A stretch of 64,000 nucleotides of DNA, from positions 3,472,001-3,536,000 of the forward strand of contig OX337228.1 in NCBI GenBank assembly GCA_946965045.2. Reading direction: 5' to 3'. Of the stretch, positions 19,481-31,500 are shown piece by piece. The first letter of the stretch is position 1, and each line of letters begins with the position of its first letter. Position numbers and translations under genes: made by a program. Source of the DNA: Epithemia pelagica. Its lineage: Eukaryota; Protista; Bacillariophyta. The notes under the pieces are model-generated. The model had not been told where the DNA came from. It ran no database searches and saw nothing but the letters and a program-made list of their open reading frames with translations.

Positions 19481-19951
19481 AGCTAATGAGTAGCTTGTTG
19501 TTGACACATCAGATGAACTTCCATTGTCTCCTCTGTTGACACGTTTTGTTGGAACATAGTCCTTAAAGTCGATTGTCCTAGGAGTATTCCCAAGTACTCT
19601 AAGTCCAAGCCAGTTAGGTAGGGATAGTCTTCGCTCCGTGTACCTTACGGGATCAAGAAGCGACTGTCACTCCGTGAATAGGAAAGGAGGACGCGTTTAG
19701 TCCCGTCGTGGGCAACGGATTCCTTCTTTCGCGCGTGCCGCTGCAGTATTTTTTTCTCGCAACGCGTACGTCCTACGGCTACGAGAGAGGCTTTGTGTTA
19801 CGTTAATGGAATTGCTATTGCGCCATTCATTCATCGGTCCACATTGCTCGTGTATGGTGGAAAAGCATTCGCAGACAAGTTGAATCTCTTGGTAGAGTGC
19901 ATTTGAGGAACAACCTTCGGCGGGACGGTCGAGGCAACATTTTGTGGAAAA

Positions 19952-22900
19952 ATGGCGACCCGTCCTCAAGAATCTTCGTCAGCCGCTTCTGGATACAATT
20001 CGTACTCTCCTCTTTCAACCTTGGAACGGCAATATGCCGAACCTGTTGGTACTCGGGTTCTCCTGTTTGTTCGGACAAATCCCAATGTCTACCTGGCAGG
20101 AGGTGTGGAATCCATTATCAAGTCCAGCTCAGTCGCCAGTCCCAAAATGTCGATTGCATCCACCGAATCCTCCGCCACCGAGTACAGCGCATCGTCTATG
20201 ACGGAGTCTGATGCGTCGGCTACTGGACCCTCGTTGTCCACGAGCAACAATGGAGGAGAGGGATCGGATCCTTTCTCGTTTCTTGGAGAAGAGGAAAGCG
20301 CTGCTGGAGAGAATGTTGAGGATGCTTCTTCCAGCAAGAAGCGAGGTCCGAATTTTGGTCGCTTCCTCAAAAAGGTGGCTCAAAGTACAAGCAAAACGTT
20401 GGAACGTGGCATGACCAACCTGGCAATTCGAGCCGATGGTGGAAAATCTCCAGACTGGTTGTTTGTTGGGCTCTATGCCAATGACGGTACACTCTTGACG
20501 CTCACGGAATCACTTGCTGTTCCAATGGACGAATCCAAAAAGTTTCAAGGTCTACGCTTTCAAGTTCCTCTCACTCTTCCCGGATCTTTGCCGAACAATG
20601 ATTCGGCGATGATCAGGGTTTGGATTCGCAGTGGGGCGGCCATGTTGCAACAACGGCACTTCTTGATCGGACAAGTTCCTCTCTCGATTGGACAGCTTCG
20701 ATCCTCCCCGTCCACTCCTACTTTCATGACTGTTACATTGCAGTCGAATATGGTGGCTGATGGAAAGCTGTTTCTGTGTGTCGCGCCAGACTCAAAGTTC
20801 CCGCATTTATGTGGCCCTGGCTGGTCCCTTGCTGATCCTGATCAACGTACCGCTTACGGCGCTGGAGGCCTCTTTCATTTACCACTTGACCAAGCGTATG
20901 GCATGTCCTATCCACCTAACCCGTCATCCTGGCTTCTTGCGACGGAACGGACGGTCGAAAGCTCTGTTGTTTTGCCCGTGGCTGCAGCCTTTGCCAACTT
21001 GGCAGCAGTGGCTGGGCGCATTTCCCTTCAACACGCCGAATCCATTTCCATGCATGTCCATGGGGCTCGACATGACAGCACTGTTGGTGAATATGTGGAC
21101 TGTGCTTTTACGATAGGGCAATTCAAGTTGACGCCTTCAGACAACGAAGAAATGACACCTTCCATCTTTTGTTCGGCCTCGTGGCAACGTCCTGATTCGA
21201 TCTTTGAAGTCGACCTCATGCAACCAGTGCGCATTAATTCGACTCTGCCCAGTGACGCTCGCTCGGCGACATCGGTCCGTTTTTTCCCCAAACCGGTTCG
21301 CGAAGGTATTCTTCCCGCCATTTTGCAGTCATCAGGAGGTCGCCTCCCTGCGACGGGCTTTTTATTGGGAACCGTGAGATTGGCTTTTGATGTTTCTCAT
21401 TCGAGGAGTGAAAACCCGCACAATAGCGGTGTTCGAGTTGTTGACACATGGGAATGCGTACTTGGACTCGAAGGCCTCTTGTCGCAACAAGAATCCGACG
21501 ATTCTTCTACACCCACAACCTTGGAGTTCCCTGTTTTTGATTCGGCTCGTCGTCAACGCGGCAGTGTGTCCGTTGCCTTATCCATGAAAATGAAACAAGG
21601 ACCAGCACTACCTCAACGCGTTGAAGCCAAGGGTGGTTTGTTGAGCATTGTAGGACTGACTCCTCTCTGTGACTCTGTTCAGCCCGATTTGGATGTGGTT
21701 GTTCCCGAATCGCTCGTGGGCCACCCGGAACGCATGACAAGGCAACAACAACAGCTCGCAACCATGGGTACGTTCTTTACGTACGGTTACACTCATTTTC
21801 ATTGTTCCCACATTCGATCAGAGGATGTCAAGGAGCTCGAAGAACGCCGTATTCGCTACAATGCTGCTTTGACGACTCCGGGCGAGAACGTACCGCCTCA
21901 TGAAGTGAAAACACCGAAAGCTTTCCGTCCTTCCAGTAGTCGATCGGAATTGCTCCTTGCTGGCTTGCCCTTTAATGTTCATTCTGCCTCGTTGAGTCTT
22001 CATGTATCGGATCAAGAGTCTTCAATTGGAGACAAGAAACCCGATTCTGTGTTTACGAATGTCACATGTGGCGCCCCCGCAGATCATGCACGAGGATATG
22101 ACAATATTTTCCCCAAACCGAAAGATGTTAATACTCAAGCGATTGGGCTCACTTCTCCAGTCGGTGCCGTTTCAGGAGGCTTGAGACGTCTCGAAGCGCA
22201 GAGAGCAAAGATTGCTAAGTACGTGTCGGATCTACAGGTCGCCCTTACAATGAATGTGGCAAACTATTTCGTTGCAGAACGGCAGAAGAAAAACATGTGT
22301 AATCATGTCCCTTCCAGGAACAACGAACTTCAGCACTTGCGATGGACTCTATTCGAGGCCTATCAATCGCTGCATCATGTTACGTGGCATTGTGCTGTCC
22401 GGCGGTCAAGTTCGTTTTCGCAAGCATTGGGTTTGGCCACAACATCGTTTTTGGCATCACTAAGTGACCCATCAAAGATGCAATACAACTGGCCCGAGTT
22501 CTGGGCGAAACATGGATACCTTGTTACCTTTGAAGGACTCCTTAGTGCGGCCGGCAAAGAATTGGGGATGATTGAAGACGCTTCTGTGGGAATTGACATG
22601 CTTCGTTTTGTTTCTGTTGTCATCCGGTCTGATGACAACCAGTCTGACAGTAAGAAAGTTCCCATCGTGGCATCTCCCTATCTCAAATGGGTACGGCTGA
22701 GCGCCGTCCACACTGGTTTGGCTGGAACCAATCCGGAATACACTCTCGAAATTGGGGTCGTACCTTCCTATTACGAGAGGCGGATTCCGAAATCCCTGTA
22801 CGACGGCAGACCGGTGCGATTCTATCCGCTGTTGTTCGAAGTTGGAGTTGATATTCGACAGTGGGGTGCTCACCAAGGTGCAAACATGAAAAATAAGCTT

Positions 22901-23539
22901 AGCAAATCGGAAAGTGGTGAAACGTCCAGTACTGACCAACCCGCAGTATCTATCCTCGATGATGAAGACGATGATGGCGGTTTCGCCGACGACGATGTTC
23001 TTGTCGAACTGAACTATGAAGCATTCAATAAGCTTAACTCGTACGCCCACTCTATCAACCCAACCAACACAGGTGCTTCTGTGCCAAAGACACACCCTTT
23101 TTTGGAGAACTTGTACCAACATATTGTGACTTCGAAAGGGAAAATATCGCATGGTATCCTTGACGAAGCAGCCGCGCTTTGCCAACGACTAGGCGGTGGT
23201 GGTGTTGTGTTCTGCAAGTCGGGCAAAGACCGAACGGCTATGCACGTTACTTTCAAACAAGCACAATATGCAAACCAGTTTCGGAGAACGAATCCTTCAC
23301 AGACATCAGGTGATGGCAATGGAAGTCAGTTTGATGACCAGACTACGGCAGATGCTACTGTAATGCGCATCTATGGTACACGACTTCCTATTTGTGAGAA
23401 GAATGTCGGGCAAGCCAAGTACGCATTTAACAGTTTGCAGGTTAAGTTCATGCCAGATGCATTGAAACCACCGATGAACACCCTCGCAGGGTTCCTCAAA
23501 GGAGGAAAGGTGTTCCAAGGTGGAGGAATCGAAAGTTAG
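19952..23539 (+). CDS. INPP4: Inositol polyphosphate 4-phosphatase (INPP4A/B-like), 1195 aa
   Basis: CX5R active site FCKSGKDRTAM; conserved GYLVTFEGLLSAAGKELGMIED and EVGVDIRQ blocks; C2-like N-terminal region. Confidence 0.88.
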   Translation: MATRPQESSSAASGYNSYSPLSTLERQYAEPVGTRVLLFVRTNPNVYLAGGVESIIKSSSVASPKMSIASTESSATEYSASSMTESDASATGPSLSTSNNGGEGSDPFSFLGEEESAAGENVEDASSSKKRGPNFGRFLKKVAQSTSKTLERGMTNLAIRADGGKSPDWLFVGLYANDGTLLTLTESLAVPMDESKKFQGLRFQVPLTLPGSLPNNDSAMIRVWIRSGAAMLQQRHFLIGQVPLSIGQLRSSPSTPTFMTVTLQSNMVADGKLFLCVAPDSKFPHLCGPGWSLADPDQRTAYGAGGLFHLPLDQAYGMSYPPNPSSWLLATERTVESSVVLPVAAAFANLAAVAGRISLQHAESISMHVHGARHDSTVGEYVDCAFTIGQFKLTPSDNEEMTPSIFCSASWQRPDSIFEVDLMQPVRINSTLPSDARSATSVRFFPKPVREGILPAILQSSGGRLPATGFLLGTVRLAFDVSHSRSENPHNSGVRVVDTWECVLGLEGLLSQQESDDSSTPTTLEFPVFDSARRQRGSVSVALSMKMKQGPALPQRVEAKGGLLSIVGLTPLCDSVQPDLDVVVPESLVGHPERMTRQQQQLATMGTFFTYGYTHFHCSHIRSEDVKELEERRIRYNAALTTPGENVPPHEVKTPKAFRPSSSRSELLLAGLPFNVHSASLSLHVSDQESSIGDKKPDSVFTNVTCGAPADHARGYDNIFPKPKDVNTQAIGLTSPVGAVSGGLRRLEAQRAKIAKYVSDLQVALTMNVANYFVAERQKKNMCNHVPSRNNELQHLRWTLFEAYQSLHHVTWHCAVRRSSSFSQALGLATTSFLASLSDPSKMQYNWPEFWAKHGYLVTFEGLLSAAGKELGMIEDASVGIDMLRFVSVVIRSDDNQSDSKKVPIVASPYLKWVRLSAVHTGLAGTNPEYTLEIGVVPSYYERRIPKSLYDGRPVRFYPLLFEVGVDIRQWGAHQGANMKNKLSKSESGETSSTDQPAVSILDDEDDDGGFADDDVLVELNYEAFNKLNSYAHSINPTNTGASVPKTHPFLENLYQHIVTSKGKISHGILDEAAALCQRLGGGGVVFCKSGKDRTAMHVTFKQAQYANQFRRTNPSQTSGDGNGSQFDDQTTADATVMRIYGTRLPICEKNVGQAKYAFNSLQVKFMPDALKPPMNTLAGFLKGGKVFQGGGIES

Positions 23540-23810
23540 GTTAAAACTAGGAGAACATTAGTTTACGTTAAATGTATTGATGTCGAAACCTTCATTCGTC
23601 AAGTCCGTCGACAGCGATCATTCTGAGGCGCAAAATAAGCATTAGGTGGACATGAAGGCCACTGCTTACATGCTCTGCGTCTTCAATCGACAACCGCATT
23701 TTGTCGCTATCGTCAAGCCGGTAAACTCCTTTCCTCCCCCACTTCCAGTGACATAAAGGTATGTCAGAGCGTACAAGGTTCATGTTTGCCAATACCCACC
23801 ATCTACGAAG

Positions 23811-24953
23811 CTAGTAAAACGACAAATCACTGAGACTATGCGGAAGCCCTTCGTTTTCGATTGAATGCAATCGGCGGCTGTTGTGTTCCACCTCAACATG
23901 AGGCATATGACTGGCGTTTGTTTCCTGCATGATACATTCGAACTGGTCGAGTTCAACGTTTGACCGATCCCATTCCAATTCTTCCAACTCCCCATTTACA
24001 AAATACAATTTGTCCATTTCCTCTGGCTCCGTAAATGGACGTTCTCGAACATCAGTGACCAACTCTTCAGCGAACCGAACGCGTTTCCTTTGAAGCGACC
24101 CTTCGGTTTTCTGATTATTCGGTTCAAACGATCTTCTGCTATCAGGATCATTTCTCAGTTTTTTAAGTTCTCGTTTGAGGCGAACAACTTGAAGAGCAAC
24201 AAGGAGCGGATCTTTGTTGCTGACGTTCTTTATTTGGAGGTTCTGTGCATCCACAAGTTCTCTCTCGTTGAGGCCGGTGCCAACGTTGCGCCAACATTGA
24301 ATAAGGTTCAGGGCTGATGAGGGTGCAAGTGCTGCTCGGGCATCTGCTGTGCCTTCTTCTTCGGCGCTACTGCCGCTTGGGGCAGGAGCTGCGCACATGC
24401 TGAACAATTTTGTTTGTGGATGACGATTCTCTTTGGGTGATGGAAGAGTCTGGGCCCCCCGAAGTCCTCCGTTTCCCTCTTTCTTACCATGTTGTTGAGG
24501 AACTGGTGTCTCGAAAGCGGCTGGAAAAGCAGCCTCCGATTTCTTTTTCGTGTCTCGCCGTCTGTGCAGGAATGAAGTGTCAATGCTTGTTGGTGGGTCC
24601 CTTTCTTCAATGAAACCCGTGGGTTTTGTATCTGGTATTTTGGAAAGTACTGCCACTCCGGACTTTGTTTCAGACCGAGGATGTTCCAACACGGTGGATA
24701 ACGAAGAGCCTTGGGACACTACGTGTGGAGGCGAAGCAGAACTGCTTGTTGTTGTGGTCGAATCCATATTTAGTTTTCGTTTTGCTGGATCACTCCTCTT
24801 CCATTTTGTTGGCTTGTCTTGATCTTTGGCTAACTTCATTGACGAAAAAGACTGAATGTCATCATGGTCAAAACTGTCGTCATCGTCATTTATATCCGGA
24901 AGACTCTGATATTGTCGCGGATGGAACTTGCGATAAGGCATGTTTTTGAGCAT
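23811..24953 (-). CDS. Hypothetical protein, 380 aa, with RKRVRF...LYFVNGEL module
   Basis: Long ATG ORF; C-terminal module related to the one in 11673-12671. Confidence 0.72.
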   Translation of the reverse strand: MLKNMPYRKFHPRQYQSLPDINDDDDSFDHDDIQSFSSMKLAKDQDKPTKWKRSDPAKRKLNMDSTTTTSSSASPPHVVSQGSSLSTVLEHPRSETKSGVAVLSKIPDTKPTGFIEERDPPTSIDTSFLHRRRDTKKKSEAAFPAAFETPVPQQHGKKEGNGGLRGAQTLPSPKENRHPQTKLFSMCAAPAPSGSSAEEEGTADARAALAPSSALNLIQCWRNVGTGLNERELVDAQNLQIKNVSNKDPLLVALQVVRLKRELKKLRNDPDSRRSFEPNNQKTEGSLQRKRVRFAEELVTDVRERPFTEPEEMDKLYFVNGELEELEWDRSNVELDQFECIMQETNASHMPHVEVEHNSRRLHSIENEGLPHSLSDLSFY

Positions 24954-26668
24954 GGAAGTCTACAAGGAACCCTGTAAGTTATTTAGTCTTTTTCAGGGTG
25001 GTTCCAGAGTGTGCATAAGGATAACGCACTCTCGTTTGCTGCAAGTTGTCTTCGCCTTGCTTTCTTTTTCCTCACAAAAACGACTTTCCACTTCTAACGG
25101 GGCGATGTTGTAACTATCCTGCTTTGTGGATGTGTTGGATGGTTCAGCTCCTCCTTGTAAGAGAGAATACTTATGTGAGACGACCGATCTCTTTGTTTGA
25201 CAAGAGAAGGCTTCGAAGTATGCAGGCGACCGAACCTGTCTAAGCGATTTTCTTTTGGGAAAGGGGTTAAGGAATTCATGATCGCCATGTAGGCCTGCCG
25301 GCACGTGCATCAGCATACAATTGTTCGGAATAAACGAGACGAGTCCCACGGAAAAATGGAGGGAACTCTTCCATCTCTTTTCACCGCCTTACTACGACTG
25401 TTGAACGGATTGAAGGTGTGGCTTAAATGGGGAGATGTGAGAAGATTAGAGAAAGGCATAAATGAACCAAGGACGGCACGCGTTCTTAGCCCGTAAATAG
25501 AAAATTCCACTTAGGGAGACGAAGAATAATATAATGAAAAGGCGCGAATCTGTATCTTGTCAAAAAGTTGGGTCCCGGATCCGAAAATTTGGCTAGTTCC
25601 CTGTGCTCACAAAATGAGGCTAGAGCTGAAGGGGTTCGGCCAACGATGAAGAACAAGCATCGTAAGGGAAGATGGCTCTAGGCTCATGACAGATACACAG
25701 CTTGGTTTCGATTCACGAGAAAAAAGATGCTTGGATGCGAAAGAAATGCGCTTTTGCAGCTGGATTGATTGACCATGGCATGTCGTCAAACGGAATCTGG
25801 ATATTTCCCTTCAATGAATAGGGCAAGTCTTATCTATGGTGAGTGCACGAAAGCCATATTTTCGTACTCATAAGACCAACCCTGACGAATCTCCGGATTT
25901 CCACGCCCTAGGGCTGACGAGGCAGTTTGTATGTTGTGCGATCGATAATGGAAAACAGTGTGGTAGAACTGAATCAATAGTCCGTTCAATGAATAGGAAA
26001 AGCTTTTCAGTTACAAATTGTGCGATCGCGACTATGGATTCACTGTGGAAACAGGTGTTGGTATCATCGAAAATAAAAGTGTATCCATTGTCTTCTCAAG
26101 GATTTCGGGTCCGCGATCCGCGTGTTTTCTGAATTGTTGTTCTTGTTGTTGTTGTTGCTAAGCTTACTCCCCTCCTTTGTCTGCGCTAAGGACTACTCCT
26201 ACAATCAACAACATAGTTGGAGTTGGAGTACTACTAGCTAGGAGCTAGGAGTACTCCGTTACGGCGCGCACCAGATCCACGCATGCAGGTCTGTGCGCCG
26301 GCCTATCCCGTAGTGAGTTTTCGTACAGTCGCTTTATAGGGCGTTCCGATAATGTGTGGGAAGTAGGACTCCTATTGTACGACATGGATCTTTTCACGAC
26401 GATCATGATGTTCAGTCTTTGCTCGTGGTTTGTCTCCCGTGACTCTGAGACAAGGAAATTCCCCTTATAAAACGAGTTGTCGCTTCTTACCCCCTTACCC
26501 TCCAGACATTTTTCACTCAATCTACGAGCTCGTAGCCAACAGAAGAAGGTAAAAGAATCGGGCGTTGGTTGTTGTTGTCGTTGTCGTCGATCATAGTGAG
26601 ACCAGCCAACGACGAAAACGGTCTTCTCCCAAGGTATATTTCGGGCTTGAACAAAGGCAGACGACACG

Positions 26669-27930
26669 ATGGAATTGAGGGTGGGAAAGAAGTACCGGCT
26701 CGGTCGCAAGATCGGCAGTGGATCCTTTGGTGATATTTACCTGGGAACAAACATGACGACTGGGGAGGAGGTTGCGATAAAACTGGAAAGCGTCAAGACG
26801 AAACATCCCCAGCTTCTTTACGAATCTAAAATTTATCGCATTTTGCATGGAGGGTGTAAGTGATTCTTTGTGGTCCTTGTCGTGGCCGTTCGCTTCGGTA
26901 TATTAGGTAATTCGCAATCAAGGATGAATCTAACTTCTTTGGCTGTACATTGTCTTCGTATTCTACGACAGTGGGTATCCCAAATGTTCGATGGTATGGA
27001 ATTGAAGGAGACTATAATGTCATGGTACTAGATTTACTCGGGCCTTCATTGGAGGACCTTTTCAATTACTGCGGACGACGCTTTCAGCTAAAAACAGTGC
27101 TGATGCTTGCAGATCAGTTGCTCTCACGCTTGGAATACGTGCATACCAAATCCTTCATTCATCGTGATGTGAAGCCGGACAATTTTCTAATTGGACTGGG
27201 AAAAAGACAATCGGTAATTCACATCATTGACTTTGGTTTGGCAAAGAAATACCGAGACCCACGGACACATCAACACATCCCTTACCGCGAAAACAAAAAT
27301 CTTACAGGCACTGCGCGATACGCCTCAATTAATACACATATTGGCATTGAGCAATCTCGTCGAGATGATCTGGAATCCCTTGGTTACGTTTTGATGTACT
27401 TTATCCGAGGATCGCTTCCCTGGCAAGGTCTGAAGGCGACGACCAAAAAACAGAAGTATGAGCGGATCATGGACCGAAAAATGTCGACTAGCACAGAACA
27501 ACTATGCAAGGGATATGCCACTGAGTTCCGTAGCTACTTTGAATACTGCCGGAGTCTCCGGTTCGAAGACCGCCCGGACTATGCTTATCTGAAACGATTG
27601 TTCAAAGAGCTCTTCTACAGGAAAGGTTTCCAGTATGACAACATGTTTGATTGGACAGTTCTCAATTTGCAGCAGGAGCGGGCACGTCTCCCTCCGGAAA
27701 GACCAGTAGGTCAGGTGGGAGATGAATCTCCTGCAGCAGGTGGAAATGATGAGGGTAAAGACCAGCCCAGTGGTGGATACAGCGGTTTGCAACGACCAAC
27801 TGTTGATGCACCCAATGCAGGAGGGGCCACGCAGCCTGCTGCAACAAGCCCGTCGTTTCAACAGCAGCAGCAGGGTTCCCTTCAAGGCTCGTCTCATCAG
27901 AAAGACGGACCCGGCTTTCCCCGAAAGTGA
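26669..27930 (+). CDS. CK1: Casein kinase 1 (exons 26669-26855 and 26972-27930)
   Basis: [50 protein letters not shown] 116-bp GTAAG...CAG intron restores HGGLGIPNVRW. Confidence 0.97.
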
Positions 27931-28584
27931 CAATAGTTTTCTTTTACGTGTTGTGAACTGCTATGGGATTGAGCTTGTTCTGAGCTTATCCTATTGACCT
28001 TGAGCACCAATCGACTTTTCGCACTCATTTCACTGTTCCTTGATGGCAGGCTCGTTAGCCCTATGTATGATTGTATCTAAGGGACTATTGGTGTCCCGAC
28101 TAAGACGTGGATCTCTTGCGGGAAATAGACAGAAGAAAGGAAATGCAAGTTAGCCATAGATCAAATCTCTTTCGTGCACATCCTGTTCCACAAATTAAGG
28201 TAGACGAAGCGTATCTGCAGCTTTAAAGGCGAGATTAGACTCGCTCCAGAAAGGTCACGTGGACCATCCCCCTCATCCCTCTAAGCTAGAGCTCTAGGCA
28301 ATCAAATGAAATGGACACGGACCCCGACCCACCTAGTCCCAGTGGGGGTGAGTCATGAGGATTAGTGATTGAGTAGGTTGCATTCCTATCGCCGAGGCCG
28401 GTACGACCCTAATGCCTCTACAATACGAAACGAAAATCGAAAGATGATATCACACGATGTTTCGTTTTGGCGGGGTTTTGCATCCTTACGAGTCTGCGAA
28501 ACGAAAACTAGGTAGAACCTCGAAATGTTATCATTGATCTCAGCTCTTCTAGGACTGGACTCTTCTGTTTCTGCGTCATGAGTC

Positions 28585-31500
28585 ATGAAGTTTATGGATC
28601 TAGACTCCCATAGATCCATGAGTAGAAGAGTAACGAATAGGAGTAACAAAAAACACAACACAAGTGAATCACATGCTGTGATAGCCCCAGTCAACGGAGA
28701 TGAAAGCAAACTCAAGATACCATTGGACTTGAAAGGGGTGATTAGTGGATTCACCGTGAGAAAGCCAACATGGGAAGAAGTGGCAAATATAGATCCAGCT
28801 TATAGGATCGAAATGACCAATGATAATCCTCAATGGGCGCCGAATGACTCGACTGAAAGTGATGTCGATGAGAGGAAGCTCAGACAGGACGTTCAACAAG
28901 ATATGGTCAGAACGAAAGGATCAAGGTCAATCAATAACCGAATGGCTAAAATGGTTCGGATCAACTCAAGAATGGTTGCAGAAACGAGTCATAGGAGAAA
29001 GGGGACTGTCGACCCAATCACGTTGTCATCTCGTTGGGGAATCGGCCTATCTGTGGCAGAAAGAACTTTCCAATCGACGACCCAATTAGGAGTGCGAGAC
29101 TTCTCCCAAGGAGTTGGCAGTAAGAGGTTGAAACATACCGCCTACCAACTGAAGCATCGGCGATTAAGAGCGGATGTTTATACTGACACCCTCTTTTCAG
29201 ACACTAAATCGTTGGGCCAAAACACCTGTGGTCAAATTTATGCGAGTGATTTTGGTTGGGAACAGTTCTACCCTTTGGAAAGGAAGAAGGACGCCCATAC
29301 GACGCTCGAGAAAGTGTTCAGTGACTTTGGGATTTTTAACAGTGTTGTCCCTGATTATGCCCCGGAACTAACCAGTGGCAAGTTCAAAACGACAGCGCAG
29401 AAGTTTGGTTGTCGCATAAGGCCCATCGAGGCGTGGACTCCGAACCAAAATCTCGCTGAAGCTAATATACGTGAATTGAAGTGTGCATATAGAAGAGAAA
29501 TGAGAAGGACCAATGCTCCAGCAGTCCTATGGGATCATTGTCTCCAACTGGTTGCTGAGAGGCGCTCGAACACAGCTTTCTCTTCTGGTCCCTTTGATGA
29601 CGGTCCACCGATAAAGACATTAACGGGAGATACTCCGGACATTTCTCACCTGGTTGAGTACACGTGGTACAAACCCGTTTGGTACTCCAACCCGGGTTTT
29701 GAGAATCGGAAACTCGGCCGGTGGTTAGGCCCGAGTAAGACGGTAGGACAAGCGATGAGTTCAAAGATTCTGACCTCAAAAGGTAAAGTGGTCCATCGTA
29801 CATCCGTTTGGCCTCTGTCGGTTGAAAAATCGCACGACCCCTCATTCACTGCACAGAAAGAACAGTTTGACAGTGAATTGAAGGAAGCCTTGGGCGATCG
29901 TATTGAGGGCGTGGCTCCACAAGAGGATGAAGATCCAGATGAATTCGGTCACGACACACCCTTATATGAGGCTTATGAAGACGAAAAGCAAGGGGACGTA
30001 CGTGTCCCAGAAGCAGACTCCTACAAACTTGACGCTTTCGACAAGCTCATCTTGGCAAAAGTAATGCTCCCTTTAGGGGACTCGAAGAGAGCAGGCCAAG
30101 TAATTAGAAGAAAGCGGGATGCTGATGGGAACCCGATTAGTCAATCATCGACGAATCCTTACCTTGACACTTCAATGTATGAAGTAGAGTTTCAAGATGG
30201 ACATGTCGAGTCCCATGCGTCAAACTTAATCGCGGAAAACATTTACGAACAACTGGATGACGACGGTAATCGCTTTAAGTTGATCGATCAAATCATAGAT
30301 CACCGCAAAGATGCCACGGCTGTCCCAATTTCCGAGGGAACTTTCTTTCACAATGGTCGTGAGCATAAGAAAAGGACAACGAGAGGTTGGCAACTTTGCA
30401 TCCAATGGAAGGACGGAACTACGTCATGGGAGATGTTGAAGGACTTGAAAGAGTCGTATCCCCTTGAAGTAGCGGAATACGCAACAGCCAACCTTCTTGA
30501 CAAAGAACCTGCTTTTAACTGGTGGGTAGGATTCACGTTGAAAAGGCGCGCCAGATTGATTAAAGCTGTCTCCACGACAAGGTATATGAAGAAGTGGCAG
30601 AAATACGGAATAGAACTGCCGAAGACGGTCGAAAGAGCCCTGGAGATAGACAAAGAAACAGGGACTGACTTCTGGGCGAAAGCTTTGAAACTTGAAATGA
30701 TGTCAAAGATTTTCCCTGCTGTCAAAATATTGGAGGAAGGAGCCCCTCATCCGGCCGGACACCAGATCATACCTTGCCCTATCGTTTTTGACATTAAAAT
30801 GGATTTCACAAGAAAGGCAAGATATGTTGCTGGTGGTCATCGTACCCAAGAACCAGAAACACCAACATACGCTAGTGTTGTCAGTCGGGAAAGTGTCCGA
30901 ATCGGATTCCTCCTTGCGGCGCTAAATGGAATTGATGTCACAGCCGCTGATATAGCCGGGGCATATCTCAATATCCCTTGTTATGAGAAAGTCTGCACCA
31001 AGTGTGGGCTTGAATTTGGGAAGGAAAACAAAGGTCGCTATGCAATTATAACAAAAGCGCTATATGGTCTAAAGACAAGCGCGTTTGCATGGCGAGAGCA
31101 CCTTTCTACGACGCTCCAAGAATGTTTGGGATTCCGACCTTGTCGGGCAGACCCTGACGTTTACCTCCGAGCCTCGACGAAGGAAGATGGGACGAAATAC
31201 TACGAACTTGTCTTCATCTATATTGATGATGTGCTAGTGATTTCGCATCGAGGCAAAGATATCCTGAATATGATTGATCAACACTACCTGTTGAAACCAA
31301 GCTCTATCGGAGAGCCTAAGATATATCTTGGTAACCAAGTCGAAACCTTTGACATCGACGGAGATGTGAGTAAGCGTTGTTGGGCCCTTAGTTCAAAATG
31401 GTACGCTACCGAAGCGATACGCAACGTCAAGATTTGGTTAGAAGAAAGAGGTCTCAGTTTGAAAACAAGAGCCCCTAGTGTCTTACCGACTGGATATCGT

